Positions 26,361 to 39,710 of a stretch of DNA of 64,000 nucleotides are shown here, one piece after another (the stretch's first letter is position 1; every line of letters begins with the position of its first letter). Source of the stretch: Lama guanicoe. Taxonomy: Eukaryota. The position numbers and the translations under genes are program-made. Under the pieces are notes generated by a model. It had not been told where the DNA came from and searched no databases. It saw only the letters and a list, made by a program, of their open reading frames with translations. The stretch covers positions 62,001-126,000 of the forward strand of contig MU053994.1 in the NCBI GenBank assembly GCA_013239625.1. Reading direction: 5' to 3'.

Positions 26361-26762
26361 GTGCGTTGACTCCAGGCCTGGCTGAGAATGGGCCTGCGAG
26401 GCTCTGGGAGAAAAGGGCACGAGCGTTGTGGCAACGATTTGGGATGGCTTTCTTGTTACCCCATTTTCTCAGTCCTAGATTTCTGGAATGCTCCCCCTCT
26501 TCCTGCTACCTCAGGGTTCTGGGTTACACTTGGACCTGCAATGTCTGTCTGGAACAAAGTCAAATTTACAACCCCCCCAGATGGCCTGGTAGAGCAAAGC
26601 CACATCCCTGGTGGTTCAGTTACAAGACATCGAAGGGAAATGCTGTCCGCTCTCCCTCCTGATCGCCTTCTCTTCTCCTCCCGGCTCATCCTCGATTCTT
26701 GTTCACTTTCTGCTGATTCCCTCCACTCACTCGGGGCACCTTTGGGCCTAGTGTGTTTTAGA

Positions 26763-26940
26763 ACAGTGGTTCCCAACCATGGCTGCACATTACTGTCACT
26801 TGGGGAACTGTGAACTCCACCTTGCCTGAGCCCTGCTCCGAAGCAATGTAAATCAGTATCTCTGGAGCTGGTGCCTCGGTATCAGTAGTTTTGAAACGCT
26901 TTCCAGATGATTCTGACAGGCAGCCAAGTCTGAGAACCAT
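26763..26940. mobile_element. MER5B-like hAT MITE
   Basis: cagtggttcccaaccatggctgcacatt...ccagatgattctgacaggcagccaagtctgagaaccat. Confidence 0.8.
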
Positions 26941-27499
26941 TACAAGACACATCTTATCCCAGGAAATGGTACACTTGTGTAGCATCAACTCAGCCCCTTC
27001 CACCCCCATCAGGCAGAATCAACTTGTTTCCACGCGACTTACTAGATAGGGCTCTTTCACATGCTGTCAGCTTTATAAATTGCAGGGAGCAATTCATATG
27101 AGAACCACTTGAAAATGAGGAAGTCAAGGAATGTGGCTTTTTCTTCCACCATATTAGTCACTCCATGGTGTCTAGAGCAATATTAATTCCAGTTTGGCTC
27201 ATGTATTACAATTTAAATACATCATTTAAACCCCAGGCTGTGGCAGGGATCCCTTGACGACCACTGGATGGGTACTTCTGAAAAACTGTTACTTGTGATT
27301 CTTTTTTTTTTTTAAGTGGGCACCATGTATAAACAGAATTAGTACCACCAGGTCACAAATGTCATGAGGTCAGGGTCTATTTTTCAGTCATCTATTTCCT
27401 GGCAATATCCAACAGTATTTTGTCCATTGTAGCTAACATTTCCCGAGTACTTTCTATTTGTTATTTACTGCACTCGGCGTTTAAAACTTCATCAGTCCT

Positions 27500-27744
27500 C
27501 ACTCTAACAACAGTCTTACTGAACACTGATGTACCATACCCTTTTCTAGGCTCTTTTCATGTATTCATTCATTTACTCTTGTCAATAGCCCTATGAGTTG
27601 GGTTTTTATGATTATCTCCATTTTATGGGTTAAGAAACTGAGGCACAAATCGGTTCAGTACCACACTAAGGACTCACAGATGCTAACCTGTAGAGCTAGG
27701 ATTCAAGTAATTTGGGGTCAGAGACTGCTTCCTTAACATCTACC
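27500..27744 (-). mobile_element. MIR SINE
   Basis: attatctccattttatgggttaagaaactgaggcaca...gagctaggattcaa. Confidence 0.75.
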
Positions 27745-27912
27745 CAGTGCTTCTCAAATTTCAACACACATAGAAATCACCTGGGGATCTTGTTAAAAAT
27801 GCAGATTCCAGCTCACTTGATCTGGGGTAGAGCCTAGGACTCTGCATTTCTCACAAGCTCCCAGATGGTGTTGATGCTGTAGGTTTGTGGTCCACATGTT
27901 GAATAGCAAGGA
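27745..27912. mobile_element. MER5A-like hAT MITE
   Basis: cagtgcttctcaaa...aatcacctggggatcttgttaaaaatgcagattc...ctgcatttctcacaagctcccagatg. Confidence 0.82.
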
Positions 27913-28798
27913 CACACCCTATTTTGATCGTTTCTATTACTGTCCCCATTTTCAGGTGAGTACTTTGAGGCTCAGAGAAGATAGCAGTTTCACCAGCTTC
28001 TCACAGGAAATATACAGCAAAGCTATAATTAGAATCCATGCAGTGGAGTCTCAAAAGTGATGGTTTAAACACCTTGGGAACTTGGTATATGGTTATTGAA
28101 TGAATAAGTAAACTGACATCGGGTGCTGGGGCTAAGAGATCACCATTGTGTAGCCGTAGGTCAGAATAGAGCAACTAGAATCCAGGTAATCGTGTATCTT
28201 TCATTGGTACTTTTTACACCTTGAATCTACTATCAGCTTTTATCTTCACCACATTTTCTTCTCATGGTCTAAACGGGTCATTCCCCACCCTTGCTGTTGA
28301 CAGGGGACATAAAGGAAGCAGCTCAGCAAGTGTCCCTTGGGGATATCTTTCTGTATATCTGTTTACCATTGCCTTTGCTTTGGAAAAAGGGGCACAGACC
28401 TGGCATCCTGCTGACATGAATATTTCTTATTAAACTGAACAGCAGTATCAGTAGATAGAGGAGCAATACTCATTCAAAAATAATGCCACCATTTAAGCTT
28501 TTGTCATCAGCAAAGAGATTATTTTCCACTTTTTGACTGAAAGAAAATATTGCCATGAATAGCTTTGAAACACCCAGACTCAGAGCAAGTGTGCGGTCGA
28601 TGAGATTCAAACTCTCATCCCCGACTCTGTTCTGATTCCATAGATTTAGTCCATGAAGGACCTCCTGAGAACAAGGCCATCCGGACAGAATAAAAATCAA
28701 ACTGCATGTTCCTGGCAACAGTTCAACAATTACGGAGTCAAGGAAGAACTCTGCGCACCCCCAGCACTCTGGACAATGTTTTCCAACTAGATAATGCA

Positions 28799-28940
28799 TA
28801 CAGTCAGCTCTGCGTGTCCACAGGTTCTGCATCTGCTGACAGGGAGAGCTGACTGAAAGGAACTTGAGCATCCTCGGATTTTGGTATCTGTGGGAGGTCC
28901 TGGAATCAATCCCACATGAATATCGAGGGATGACTGTACA
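28799..28940. mobile_element. MER2-type TcMar-Tigger MITE
   Basis: ta-cagtcagctctgcgt...cttgagcatcctcggattttggtatctgtgggaggtcctggaatcaatccc...gagggatgactg-ta. Confidence 0.8.
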
Positions 28941-29511
28941 GGTGACAAAGATTCTGTGCCTGGAAGAAAATTTATTTACTTATTAAATTATTTTAAGAGG
29001 CACTTCTTGGCTAATAGAATGGGAGGGAACAAACTGTGTGATATAAAATGTGTGACTCATAAAAATATGTGACTTCATGCAACAGAAATCAGGGGTGAAA
29101 TCCTAGCATCTCTCCATCTTGCTGGGGTCCAGTCTTAAGAAAAGGACTCTTGGCTGTGTTTTATTGACTAGCATTCTGAAGCTGGTACTTTCTCTGTGGA
29201 AATGTCATTTGAGGCTCTGGCTTGTCTCATATTCATCACTGCTGGGAATGAGAAACCAGACCTGAAAATTAGTGGCTGTATTCACTTCACTCACTCACTC
29301 ATTCATTCATTCATTCATTTCATTCAGTTATTCAGTAAAAGGTGCTGAGTGCCACAGTGTTAGGTACTCTGGAGGTGCCAAGGAACATCAAACATGGTGC
29401 CTGCCTTCAAGGAGTTCACAAAATTACTAAGGATGCAAGACAAAAAGGAAAGAGGTTAATACTAAGAGCTGGTGTATGACAAGGATAATACAAAAGGTAC
29501 AGTGTCATAGA

Positions 29512-29701
29512 GCAGGGTTTCTTCAAAGAGTGGCCCTGGACTGTGCATCAGCATCACCTGGGAGCTTGTTTGAAATGCAGATTTTGGGGCCCCACCCCAG
29601 GCCCACTGAATCAGAAGTTCTGTGGTTGGGGCCCAAGGATCTGCATTTTTAACAAGATCCTAAGATGATTTGTATACACATTAAACTTTAAGAAGCACTG
29701 T
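29512..29701. mobile_element. MER5A1-like hAT MITE
   Basis: cagggtttcttcaaag...gcatcacctgggagcttgtttgaaatgcag...ctgcatttttaacaagatcc...taagaagcactg. Confidence 0.82.
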
Positions 29702-30828
29702 TTTAAAAGAATACTTCTGTCAGAGGAAGAACACATTAAGCTACTGTCCTCAAGGGCCTGCAATTTAAAAGAAGAAATGAAATTTGAATATGAATCATCA
29801 CATGTAATAAGGAACATTAGCAGAAGAAATGGGGAGAGGTAGAGAAATTTTGCTTGATGGCAAGTGGGGAAATCTATTTCTTGGATGGGGCCGTGGAGGG
29901 TAGGAAATGGATCAGTTAGGCGTGTCCTTAGCTAAGTAACACAACCTGATTGAGAGTGACTTAAGGAAAAGGGGTTGTTCTTTGTTATACAAAAAGTAGC
30001 CTGGAGGTAGGTGGCCTCCAGCACTGATTCAGGTATTCAAGGATGTCAGCCCTTTTTTTTCCCATTATGATCACAAGATGACTATTGTAGCTCAGAGAAT
30101 CACATCCTCATGGAACTGTATTCAAGTGCAAGAAGCAGGGAGGCATGGGGCAAGAAACTCTCCTTCTGCTTGCTTATTAAGGAGACAACTGTTTCCCAGA
30201 AGCCTCCTAGCAAACTTCCCCCTCACCTCACTGACTGGGACTGGGGCATACGACCACCAGTACACCAGGGCTGGTCTACCTTCCATAGCTTCTAGGAGGC
30301 CTAGCCCATCATAAGTTTAGTTAACATCCATCCCCTCATATAGTTACAAATTGTTTTTCCTTGTGATGAGAACTTTTGGGATCCTGCTCTCTTAGCAGCT
30401 TTGAAATCTACCATACAGCGGTGTGAACTATAGTCCTCACTTGTACTGAAAGGGCTTTTTGAAGGCCAGACAGAAAAATGATGCCCTAGGCACTGCTCCT
30501 TTGAGCCCGCCACACCCTTGGGGCTCCTTGGGGCCCTCTCCTTGCAGGAGGCCAGGAGGCATTTAGCAAGATCACCCATTCGGCCTCAGACTGGAACGAC
30601 CCAAGTATATATGGAAAATGGAAGGATACAGGCTGGGTATGTGTGCTTGTCTTTATGGCAGTGGTCTTGGGAAATGCCACGTGGGGCCCTGCTCCTCTTC
30701 ACCCTGTTCCTGACTCTGAATCACTGAAACAGGAGCTGAGGGGAGCACCATGAGGAAACCAGCAGAGGAAGGAGAGCGCTCTTCCCTGCAATGGAGGAAA
30801 AAACGGATGTGGGGTGTGGGGAGGGCCA

Positions 30829-31456
30829 TGTTCCAGGTCTCGGTGGAGCCCCTGGGACGTGCCCCACCAGGTGTCGGTCCTTGGCTTCTCGCAGGAAAGA
30901 ACTCAAGAGCAAGCCACAGTTGAGTAAAGGTAGATTTATTTGGAGAGATACATACTGCATAGAGTATAGGCTGTTTCAGAAGGAGAGAGAGGCCACGAGG
31001 TGTGAAGGTTGGGTGCTCAGGTTAAAGTAAAGGTAGATATACTCCATAGACAGAGTGTGAGCCATCTCCTAAGATGAGGGAGCGAGAGGCGGCCACGAGG
31101 CACGGTGTTGCTAGTTTTTATGGGCTCTTATGGGCTCGGCAGCTTCACACGCCAACAAATGGGAGGACAATTCCAACTACCCTGGGGAAGGGGCTGGGAT
31201 TCCCAGGAATTGGGCCACCACCCACTCTCTGACCTTTTGTGGTTAGCCTTGGGACTGTCATGGCGCCTGTGGACATGTTATTCATCATGCTAATATGTTA
31301 CAATGAACATATAATGAAGCTCAAGGTCTACTAGAAGTCAAATCTCCTGCCATCTTAATCCTCAAGGCATACTGGGAGTTGAATCTTCCACCATTTTGGT
31401 GCTAATTGCTGTCATTCCTTGAATGGCTGTGCCCCGCCCCTGTCCCTCTTGTCTCA
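30829..31456 (-). mobile_element. ERV1-type solo LTR (lineage-specific, MER41-like architecture)
   Basis: tg...ca ends; minus-strand AATAAA at 30935-30940 and TATA-like cataaaaa near 31115; cgcaggaaagaactcaagagcaagcc U5-like motif; internal duplications. Left boundary uncertain, no clear TSD. Confidence 0.75.
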
Positions 31457-31502
31457 CCTATTGTGAGAAGTGGTTTCTCCCCACCTACCGCCTTTACCGC
31501 CC

Positions 31503-31958
31503 TGTGTTAGTTTCCCAGGGCTGTTGTAACACAATACCATGAACTTGGTGGCTCAAACAACAGAAATTTACTGTCTCGCCATTCTGGAGGCCAGAGGTCT
31601 AAGACCAAGCTGTCGATGGGGTTGGTTCCTTCTGAAGGCTGAGAGGGAGAGTCTGTCCCAGGCTCTCCCATAACTTCTGGTGGTTTTCTGGCCTTCTTTG
31701 ACATCCCCTGGCTTGTAGATCTCTCCCTTCATCTTCACGTGGTGTGTTTCCTCTACACCTTCACATTGCCTTCCCTGTGTGCATGTCCCCCTGTGTCCGA
31801 ATTTCTACTTTTTATAAGGACCCAGTCATATTGCATTAAGGCCCACCACCATGACCTCAACTGAATCATCAGTTTCCGAATAAGGTCACATCCTCAGGTA
31901 CTGGAGGTTCGGACATCAACAGCCCTCTTGGGAGTGATGGAATTTCATCCATAGCACA
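31503..31958. mobile_element. MLT1C/B MaLR solo LTR
   Basis: tgtgttagtttcccagggctgttgtaacacaataccat...ttctggaggccagaggtctaagaccaag...aataaggtcacatcctcaggtactgg. Confidence 0.85.
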
Positions 31959-33638
31959 GCCCGTATTCCCAATGTCCACTTCCCTTTCTCTGGGGCCTCC
32001 CACCCACCCCCACCTTGATCTTAGTGGCCACAGTTTGGTCACTGAACTCTTATACCAGGAGAATGTAGCGGAAGGAGGTGGGTTATTTCAAGGAGTAGTT
32101 TACCCTCACTGTTCGGTTTGAAGAGATAATTGTGTAGAATAGTGTCTGAAAAGAAACTTTGGGATGAAATTATATACCTATATTCAGTCTTATGCACGGG
32201 CTCTGAAGTTTGAATAAAAAAGAGTGGAATCAAAAGACTGACTAATAATTATAATGATTACCACTATCATATCTTATATAGCACTTCCACACAGACTCTC
32301 ATTTGGAAGCACAATCCTTTTTTGCCAGTGATCAAGATCCGTTTTTCCCTCCCCTTTTACTTCATAATAAATTCTCCTTGAGGATGTTTTCTGACAGGAA
32401 TTGTCTGCAGAAAACCCTTTACTTAGAGATGTAACCGGATCTTCCTAAATTTAGCAGAGTTCATGCAACACTGAACTGAAACCCAAGGAAGGGAAGATGG
32501 AAAGAGAGAGTAGATGAGACACTGAAGAAATATAAAGTGGAATTTATAGAAAAATCTTTTTTTTTTTCTGGTCAGGTCACTGACAGAGGGGATCAAAATT
32601 TGGTCAAGCCAAGTTGTCTTGAGATTATATGGTCCTAATTTGGAGACTTGCTGTATTTTTAAACTTGGAAACTTGCTACTTAAATACTAGTTATTAGCAA
32701 CAAACTCTGCCCTTGATCAAGGAAGCAGAAAGGAGAAGTTAGTACTCAGGCTGTAGTCTCGCCACTTTCTCAGATTCAACCATGTTGTCAGATGCTACAA
32801 TCAGTTCCTCTTACTCAGTGGAAATTTCCTCTTATCCCATTTTCCCTGGAAATGGAAAACAGCTGCACAGAACCTCCGCACAACCCTCCCTGTCCTCAGA
32901 GACTCTTCTTCATGTCATCATGTCTTTTCTCTCCTTTATCCCAGTCTATCAACGAGCTCCCTACATCTCCTTCAGATCACTTGAAGCGTGACACCAAGCC
33001 ATTGCTTATGCTGCCGCATCTACCTGGAATGCTTTCCCTCTTAATCCTCGGCCAAAATATATCTTTTCTTCCTTGAATACTTAGCCGAGGAGAGAGTTCT
33101 GAAGCATGTACAGGAAGGCGTAAAATGGGGAAGCCCCCAGAAAGGCAGGCAGACACATCCTGTGACGCAGCTTGGCTTCCTCAGCTTTCCTATAGCCCTC
33201 CTAGTTGGCCATGCCTTAAGTGCTCATCACTATTGACCAGTTGCAGTTTTCTGGAACGCTCCTTTCCTATGACCCAGCTGAGTTCTAGGACGAAATGCAG
33301 AGAGTGGGAGTCTCCAGAGAAGGCCCAACGCAAAGGAGCAGAGGACTCCTGGGATCTCAGACGTGGGAAGACAACTACAACCGACTGGGTACCACATGCA
33401 GGTTTGGGTATCACCTGACTGCTCAAGGATGAAAAGGTGGCAGATCTTCCACCCAGAGGAGTCAATGAGTTTCCTCTGCCCAGTTCCCAGCAGATCTGGG
33501 GAAACAGGGACCAGTTCCATAGTCTACGTGGTCTTACAGAAGCTGGGGCAAGTTGCAGAGAAGTTCCAAAGATTTAAGTCCCATGTAGCCTGGATTTGGG
33601 GTGCCACTTGAGCACAAACTCTTCCCTGTCCAGTTCTT

Positions 33639-33849
33639 TTTTTTTTCGATTTTTTATTGATTCATAATCATTTTACAATGTTGTGTCAAATTCCAGTGTT
33701 CAGCACAATTTTTCAGTCATTCATGGACATATACACACTCATTGTCACATTTTTTTCTCTGTGAGTTATCATAACATTTTGTGTATATTTCCCTGTGCTA
33801 TACAGTGTAATCTTGTTTATCTATTCTACAATTTTGAAATCCCAGTCTA
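33639..33849 (-). mobile_element. Young 5'-truncated L1 3' end
   Basis: Poly(T) then ttttattgattcataatcattttacaatgttgtgtc; perfect 16-bp TSD tccctgtccagttctt at 33623-33638 and 33850-33865. Confidence 0.92.
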
Positions 33850-36800
33850 TCCCTGTCCAGTTCTTAACTGCTGGTGGCCCCATATCCGGAGCCAGAGACC
33901 CCAGCATTCCTGTGGCCATCTTCTGTCCATATACCACAGGGTACTCACAAAAGGGACCAAGACTCAAGGCACTAACCATGAGCCCATGGCCAAAACTGAG
34001 GGGTTCAACTGTATTCAACACCTCCAGACCCGTGATAAAAACTGTTGAAAACGATCCATGAGTTATTGTCTGCAGAACAATCATTTGGATACTTGGCTGT
34101 TCTTTAACGTTGAACCCCACATCCCTGACTTAAGAGAGTGTCCTTGACGGAGACACTGGAGATGCCCTTGCTCTTGCATGGATTCTTCTGGTGCATTCCC
34201 GGAATGACCTAAAGGGCTGGGGAAGTGCCACAGACTCTTAGCTCACATCTTTTCAACCCTAATCCCCACAGTTCACAGCCTAGTTTCTGTCACAGCAGTT
34301 ACTCCCCTGTCTCATTTAAATCCAAGTGAAGAAAATCTTAATACCAGATCTCATTGTTTCCAGATCGGACCGGTTTGACTTTGGGTATCCAGGTAACAAG
34401 CACCTTTGTCCTTTGCAGTCTATTATTTTGTTCCTGAGGCCATCTCTGCAGCTCCGGTGGGCAGTGCAGTATTTGTGTCGTCCTGCCCCTCTGGTCCAAT
34501 GATACATACTTTGAGGTCTTGCGCTGTGTCTTTTCACAGTTTTTCAGACCCTGTGCACAGCTTGGCACAGCATTTTCAGGACACAGACATGCTATTGCTT
34601 GACATGTAAATTCAAGATGTTTGGTTGATTCTGAAGATCAATTATGTAGTCTTTCTCTAGCTCTAGGCATTAAATTCCAGAACACCCGGAGGCTAAAGGA
34701 AATCCTGGTTGAAGTTCATCTTAATGGCAGAGGTAAGGGTGGATGGATCAGTGGCAACCCATTTCAGATATCTTCACACTCACTGAAATAAAACATTAAA
34801 AGCGGCATTCTAAGTAAAGAGACTACCAATAACATTTTATCACCTTAAATGAATATCTGGTGATCTTTCTTCTGTTTTCCTCAGCTCACGTGAGAATTAT
34901 GTCTTCTCTCCTATTTCAAGAAAATGATTCGTTTTGCTTTGTTGCAGAAAATATTCAAGTGTGAAAAGATGAGTTTGGACTGTGCCGGGTCCCGAAGGCC
35001 AGCATTTCGATTTCAGTCTTTTGGACTTCTATGACTTGAAATTGTTGACCTTGAACTTCAAGTGGTCCCACCTTAATGAACCACTGTATCCCAGGGATGT
35101 GGAGGCACTCAGAGGCTTGAAATGGAAAATCTATGTTGGGGTGGCTCTAGCTCAGCTCCTGCCCCAAACCTTCCCCCACCCTGTAACTGGTGGGATCCCC
35201 TTGGCCCTGCCCCCACAGCTCAAGCCAAAGCGCCTCCTGTCACCTCCTCTCACACATGTCTCTCAGGTGACCCCCGAGGAGACTACAGTTCTGAGGCTTC
35301 GGCTGATCCAGTCTTCCTTTGTCTTTCCCAAGACATCATTGCCAGAGCCCCCACTGCTCTTCACCTTCTGCTGTACTTCCTGATTCTCAGCTCCCTCTTT
35401 ATTCTAAGGGCCCTCCCCCCAAGGACGGACCTCCCACGTGGCAGTTCACCGCTTCTTAGAGTGGTGAGAAGGTGTCAGAATTATATATACGTGAGAGGAG
35501 CTCAAGCTGGGCAGACACTTGTGTACAGGGAGAGCCTCCAGTGTGTTCATATCCCTACTAACCTCATTTTACAACCCACAGCTTCTAGGCCTTGTCCCTG
35601 TATCACCCCCTTTCTCTGGCAGGGGTCCCCCGTTGCCTCCCTGGTATTTCCCAGAGCTGTGATACTATTGGAGGTTGTACAAAGAGTGGGGGAACTTCTT
35701 GTCAAATATTTTCTTCGCAAACTCAAACCCACTCTTGGCTATTGATACTACACTGAGAAATTCTACATTGGGGGGAAAAAACCCACTTTTTTCTTTTAAA
35801 ATTTTTTTTAATTGAAGTAGTAAAAAAAAAACAGGTTTTTTACTACTGTATGTTAATACCCCACTTTTTTTAATCTAACGCTTCTGAAATATTTAACCAC
35901 AAAGACCAGGACCTTCCCCCCAGCCCAGATCATCTGTTATCACCGGGTAGGACAGAATTTTGTAAGCACACGCGTAACGCATGAATTGCACACTTCCACA
36001 TGGCCTCCAAGCCTGCTGCAAACTGGACTGAGCTGCTCTGCTCAACCTGAATGTTCCTTCCTTCACAGCATGATGTACTTTTCCACCGGGTCCATTTTCT
36101 CCATTGGCTGGAGGTCCACCTCTAGGCCTCTGCTCGTGCTTTTTACCCACCTGGATACCTGCCTTTAGGCACAGCTTATGTTCCAAATCCTGGGTGACGC
36201 CCTCTCCAGCTTCTCCAACTGCTAATATTCTGTTTCCAGTACTGCACCAATCAAGGCCTAATTCCACCCCTACCGCGACACGGTACATTCCGATTAGGCA
36301 TGACCGTATCACATCCAACAGCACTGTTTCACCTTAGCTTCTGTTTAGCATATAAGACACGCACTGACCACCTCTTCACTGACTGATGGAGAACGAGGAT
36401 GGTCATTCCATCGTAGAAGCGGCCCCGTTTGATTGGCAGTGTTTTCAGCACTGAGCGTGGTTTCTGTAGCCAGGTCCAGTCCAGTTCTTCCTGAGAATGC
36501 AGCTACCCTGCACGTACCCCACTGAAAGCCCAGCACGCTTATTTCTACTTTAAGGAGAGAATGAATTTTGTGAGATTTTTTTTCTAATTTAACAGAAGTG
36601 ATGGTTTAGAAATTTCATAATGACCCGGTGCCTCAGAAACACTTTAATTCTCCTGGACCATTCATACCATAGTGGTAACTTGAGGGTCTCGTCCCTTCTG
36701 CCTTCTGCAGTAGAAGATGAACCATGAAGATAATGCAGACATTATCTTTCCTGTGTCCTCAGAGTTATGTAAATAACCCTACCTTCCTTACTGACTGAAA

Positions 36801-37009
36801 AACTGTCATTAGTTTGCTTTTCAGGTCATCCTCTGTCTACTGAATGAAATTCAATAGACCTTGAAAATTCAACCTTCCGCAGTCTAATCACTAGATCATT
36901 GTTTAAAAAAAGTATCCTTTTAAATGCATCAATTTTTCTAGAATAATAGGAAGGCAGTTAGATTTTGTTTTTGTTTGTCTTTTCTATACACCATTAGGGG
37001 TTGTTCCAT

Positions 37010-38130
37010 TTTTATTTTTATTAACTAGATTTTCATTTTTAAAAGTATCACATGTACTTGCTAAACACACAGACACAGCCCTCCGTATCTACAAATTTCT
37101 CATCCACAAATTTGCAGATCGGTTGGTGGAATCAGGGGATGGGAAACCCATGGATACCGAGAGCCGACTGTATTTCTTGTACTACACTGGTTCATATAAG
37201 GGTCTTGGGCATCTGAGGATTTTGATATCCGGAACCAATTCCCCACAGATACTGAGGGACAACTACCTAAATGAGAAGTCAGTCTTCTTCTCACCTCAGA
37301 TTCCCAGTCTCTAGTTATCCCTAGAGGTGAACATTTTTTTCCTGCTTCTTGTAAGTCTTCCCAGGAGTATTTTAACATCTCCGCCACACACAAGTATGTG
37401 TGAGTGGAGCATGCTACAAACACTGTTATGCACTTTATTTTTTTTTTACGCCAACCAGATGTTGGAGAACTTTCCTTATCAGCACACATAGATCTACTTA
37501 ATACCTTTCATTACTGAGTAATATGTCATTGTATGGGTGGTACCACACTTCGTTTAATCAGTAAACAGGCATTTTGGTTGTTTCTAGCCTTTTGCCATTG
37601 GATGTAAGCTACAGTGCATTATACATATAGCTTTGTACACCTGGGAACAAATATTTGTTGAAATTGGCTAAGACAGACATTTATGACCAGTTTTACTAAA
37701 GTCCTTCCCAGAAGGCTGTACCTTTTTACCTTTCCTCTTAATAGTGTATGAGAGTGTTTCCCCCAACTTGTCTGTGCTACAGATTTTTCTTACCCAATTC
37801 TGCCCCTCTGCTAGGTTAAAAATGGTATCTATTTTAAATTTGCATTTCTCTAATTATGTATGGAGATCTTTGCGTAAGTTTTGAAGTCTTTTGCATATCG
37901 TTATGTGCCGATTCCTTGTTCGTGTCCATTTCCTTTTTCCCCTGAGTTGTTACTCTTTCTCTGATTTGTTTCTAAAATTTTAAATGTTAATATTGTCTGT
38001 CATATATTTTGCCAACACATATAAAATCATTCCTATGTGTTTTCATCTACAGCTTTTACGGTAACTTTTTAAATGTCGTTTAAATATTTTCTCCATCTGG
38101 AAATTATTTTATTATGCTAAACAATTGTTG
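37010..38130 (-). mobile_element. Old L1M (L1ME-like) fragment
   Basis: gtaatatgtcattgtatgggtggtaccac...ttggttgtttctagccttttgcc...aaatggtatctattttaaatttgcatttctc. Confidence 0.7.
37074..37266. mobile_element. MER2-type Tigger MITE nested in L1M
   Basis: cagccctccgtatc...aacccatggataccgagagccgactgta...cagatactgagggacaact. Confidence 0.75.
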
Positions 38131-38749
38131 TAGGTTCTGTGGGAATAGAGGCCAAGTTTTTAATTAGCTGTTGCATATCTAATATCTGATACTTTTTTTT
38201 TTTTTACTACCAGTTGTGTCCAGAATATAATGAGTAACACATTTCTGGCCTTTTCTTTGCTCTTTTTACCAAGTTCTCTCAAAAGATTCTCTGACCTGAA
38301 GTTTGGGAGGGGTAAGCCATCCCATCCCATACTTTACTGAAATATCAGCAGTTGGGCGCCAGTGGTGAGGTGATGGTGATGCTGAGTCAGCTTCCACAAC
38401 CTCCTCCTCATGATGGGTCTTAGGTACCTACCCCTCCCCAAAAGTGTATCACCTCACGTTCCACGCTTTCCTGGCACTCCTATGTGAGGTTTGGTCACCT
38501 TTCAACTGCTTCTGAATGGAAGAAAACCCACAGGACTATATACCCGTCAAACTGAGGTCAGTGGGGAGAGGAGGATGTCCTGGAAGATTCTTTGGAATGC
38601 TCTTTGACTAAGGTAGCTGCATGAGTACCATATGCAGACAGCCCTGGGTGGTGACAAATCCAAGCTCACCTCTACCATTAGTTTGGAGTCCGGAATTGAT
38701 AGCCAGGTAGGGCTGAGTGAACTTCAAAACACTCTTATCATTTTAAAAT

Positions 38750-39710
38750 TTCTTATAAATACCCCTAAATCTCAATGGCTTACAGCAACAAACATTTATT
38801 TTTCTCACTCCTGGGGTAGCTCTGTGTGGGTTCAGGTTGGCTCCATGCCTGTCCTCACTCTCCTTGGGCCATTGGTTACCTGGAGGCTATTCTTCTCACA
38901 GAAGGTGCAGAAGGGCAAAAGGACAAGCCAGCTCACGTTCCCATATTGAGCCCACCAAGGTCAAGTAGAAGGGACTTCCAGGTGGCTTCTACATACCTCT
39001 GACCAAACACAACATAGGAAACTGGTAAAGGTAATGGACATTGGAGCCTGACAACACTGGGACAGCAGACACTGTTGAATGCCTGCTCAGAAACCATTTC
39101 TTTCCCTTCCATGATGGTGGACACTGGTCCCCACAGTAGGGCCTTATCATGCCAGATACTTTTCCAATCTCTCTTGCAGCTGGAGGTAGCCATGTTATAC
39201 AGTTCTGGCCAATGAGACATCAGGAGAACTCTGCTGAGTGCCCCTAGGACATTATTTTCCTATTTGAGTAAGCCACTGAATTTCTCACCTCCTCAGTATT
39301 CTCATCTGCAAATTGGGGCTATATATATTATATAGGGTTGTTACAGTAGTCGAATTTACATTGTAATGGGCAATCCCCAATCTCAGAACTTACAATAAAT
39401 AACATGCATTGAATTTTCTTGCTAATAGTCTGCAGGTTATCTGGAGCCGGTAGGGTGGCTCTGCTTCAGGCCATGGGTAGGGTTTAGCGCTGCTTCATGT
39501 GTTTCAGAGCAAGACAAACTATGCAAGCAAGTTTAAAGCTTCTGTTTATGTCACCTACATTTCTTTGACCAAAGCAGTTCACATGACCAAGACCATCGAT
39601 AAATAAGGCAGGGAAACATGCTCCTCCCAGAGAAATACTGCAGTTACGTGGCAAAGGTGTGGATGTATAATCCGTGAGTAGAATGGAGATTTAGAATAAT
39701 AATCTTCCTA
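38750..39710. mobile_element. Cluster of old MaLR/ERVL LTR fragments and a MIR piece
   Basis: ccctaaatctcaatggcttacagcaacaaacatttattt (MLT1); gcagctggaggtagccatgttatacagttctggccaatgagac (LTR16/33-like). Confidence 0.6.

Noticed and set aside
34364..34392. Possible 29-nt micro-exon (tttccag|atcgg...tatccag|gtaaca)
   Set aside because: Splice-like signals alone are common in long introns, the length would shift frame, and no transcript evidence is available.
33120..34610. Possible decayed pseudogene split by the young L1
   Set aside because: After removing the L1 and one TSD by hand, no frame gave a recognisable protein and several stops remain.
35122..35745. Longest ORF in the track (207 aa)
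   Set aside because: No recognisable domain, overlaps other ORFs in GC-richer DNA, and has no exon context. BLASTP and PhyloCSF would settle it.
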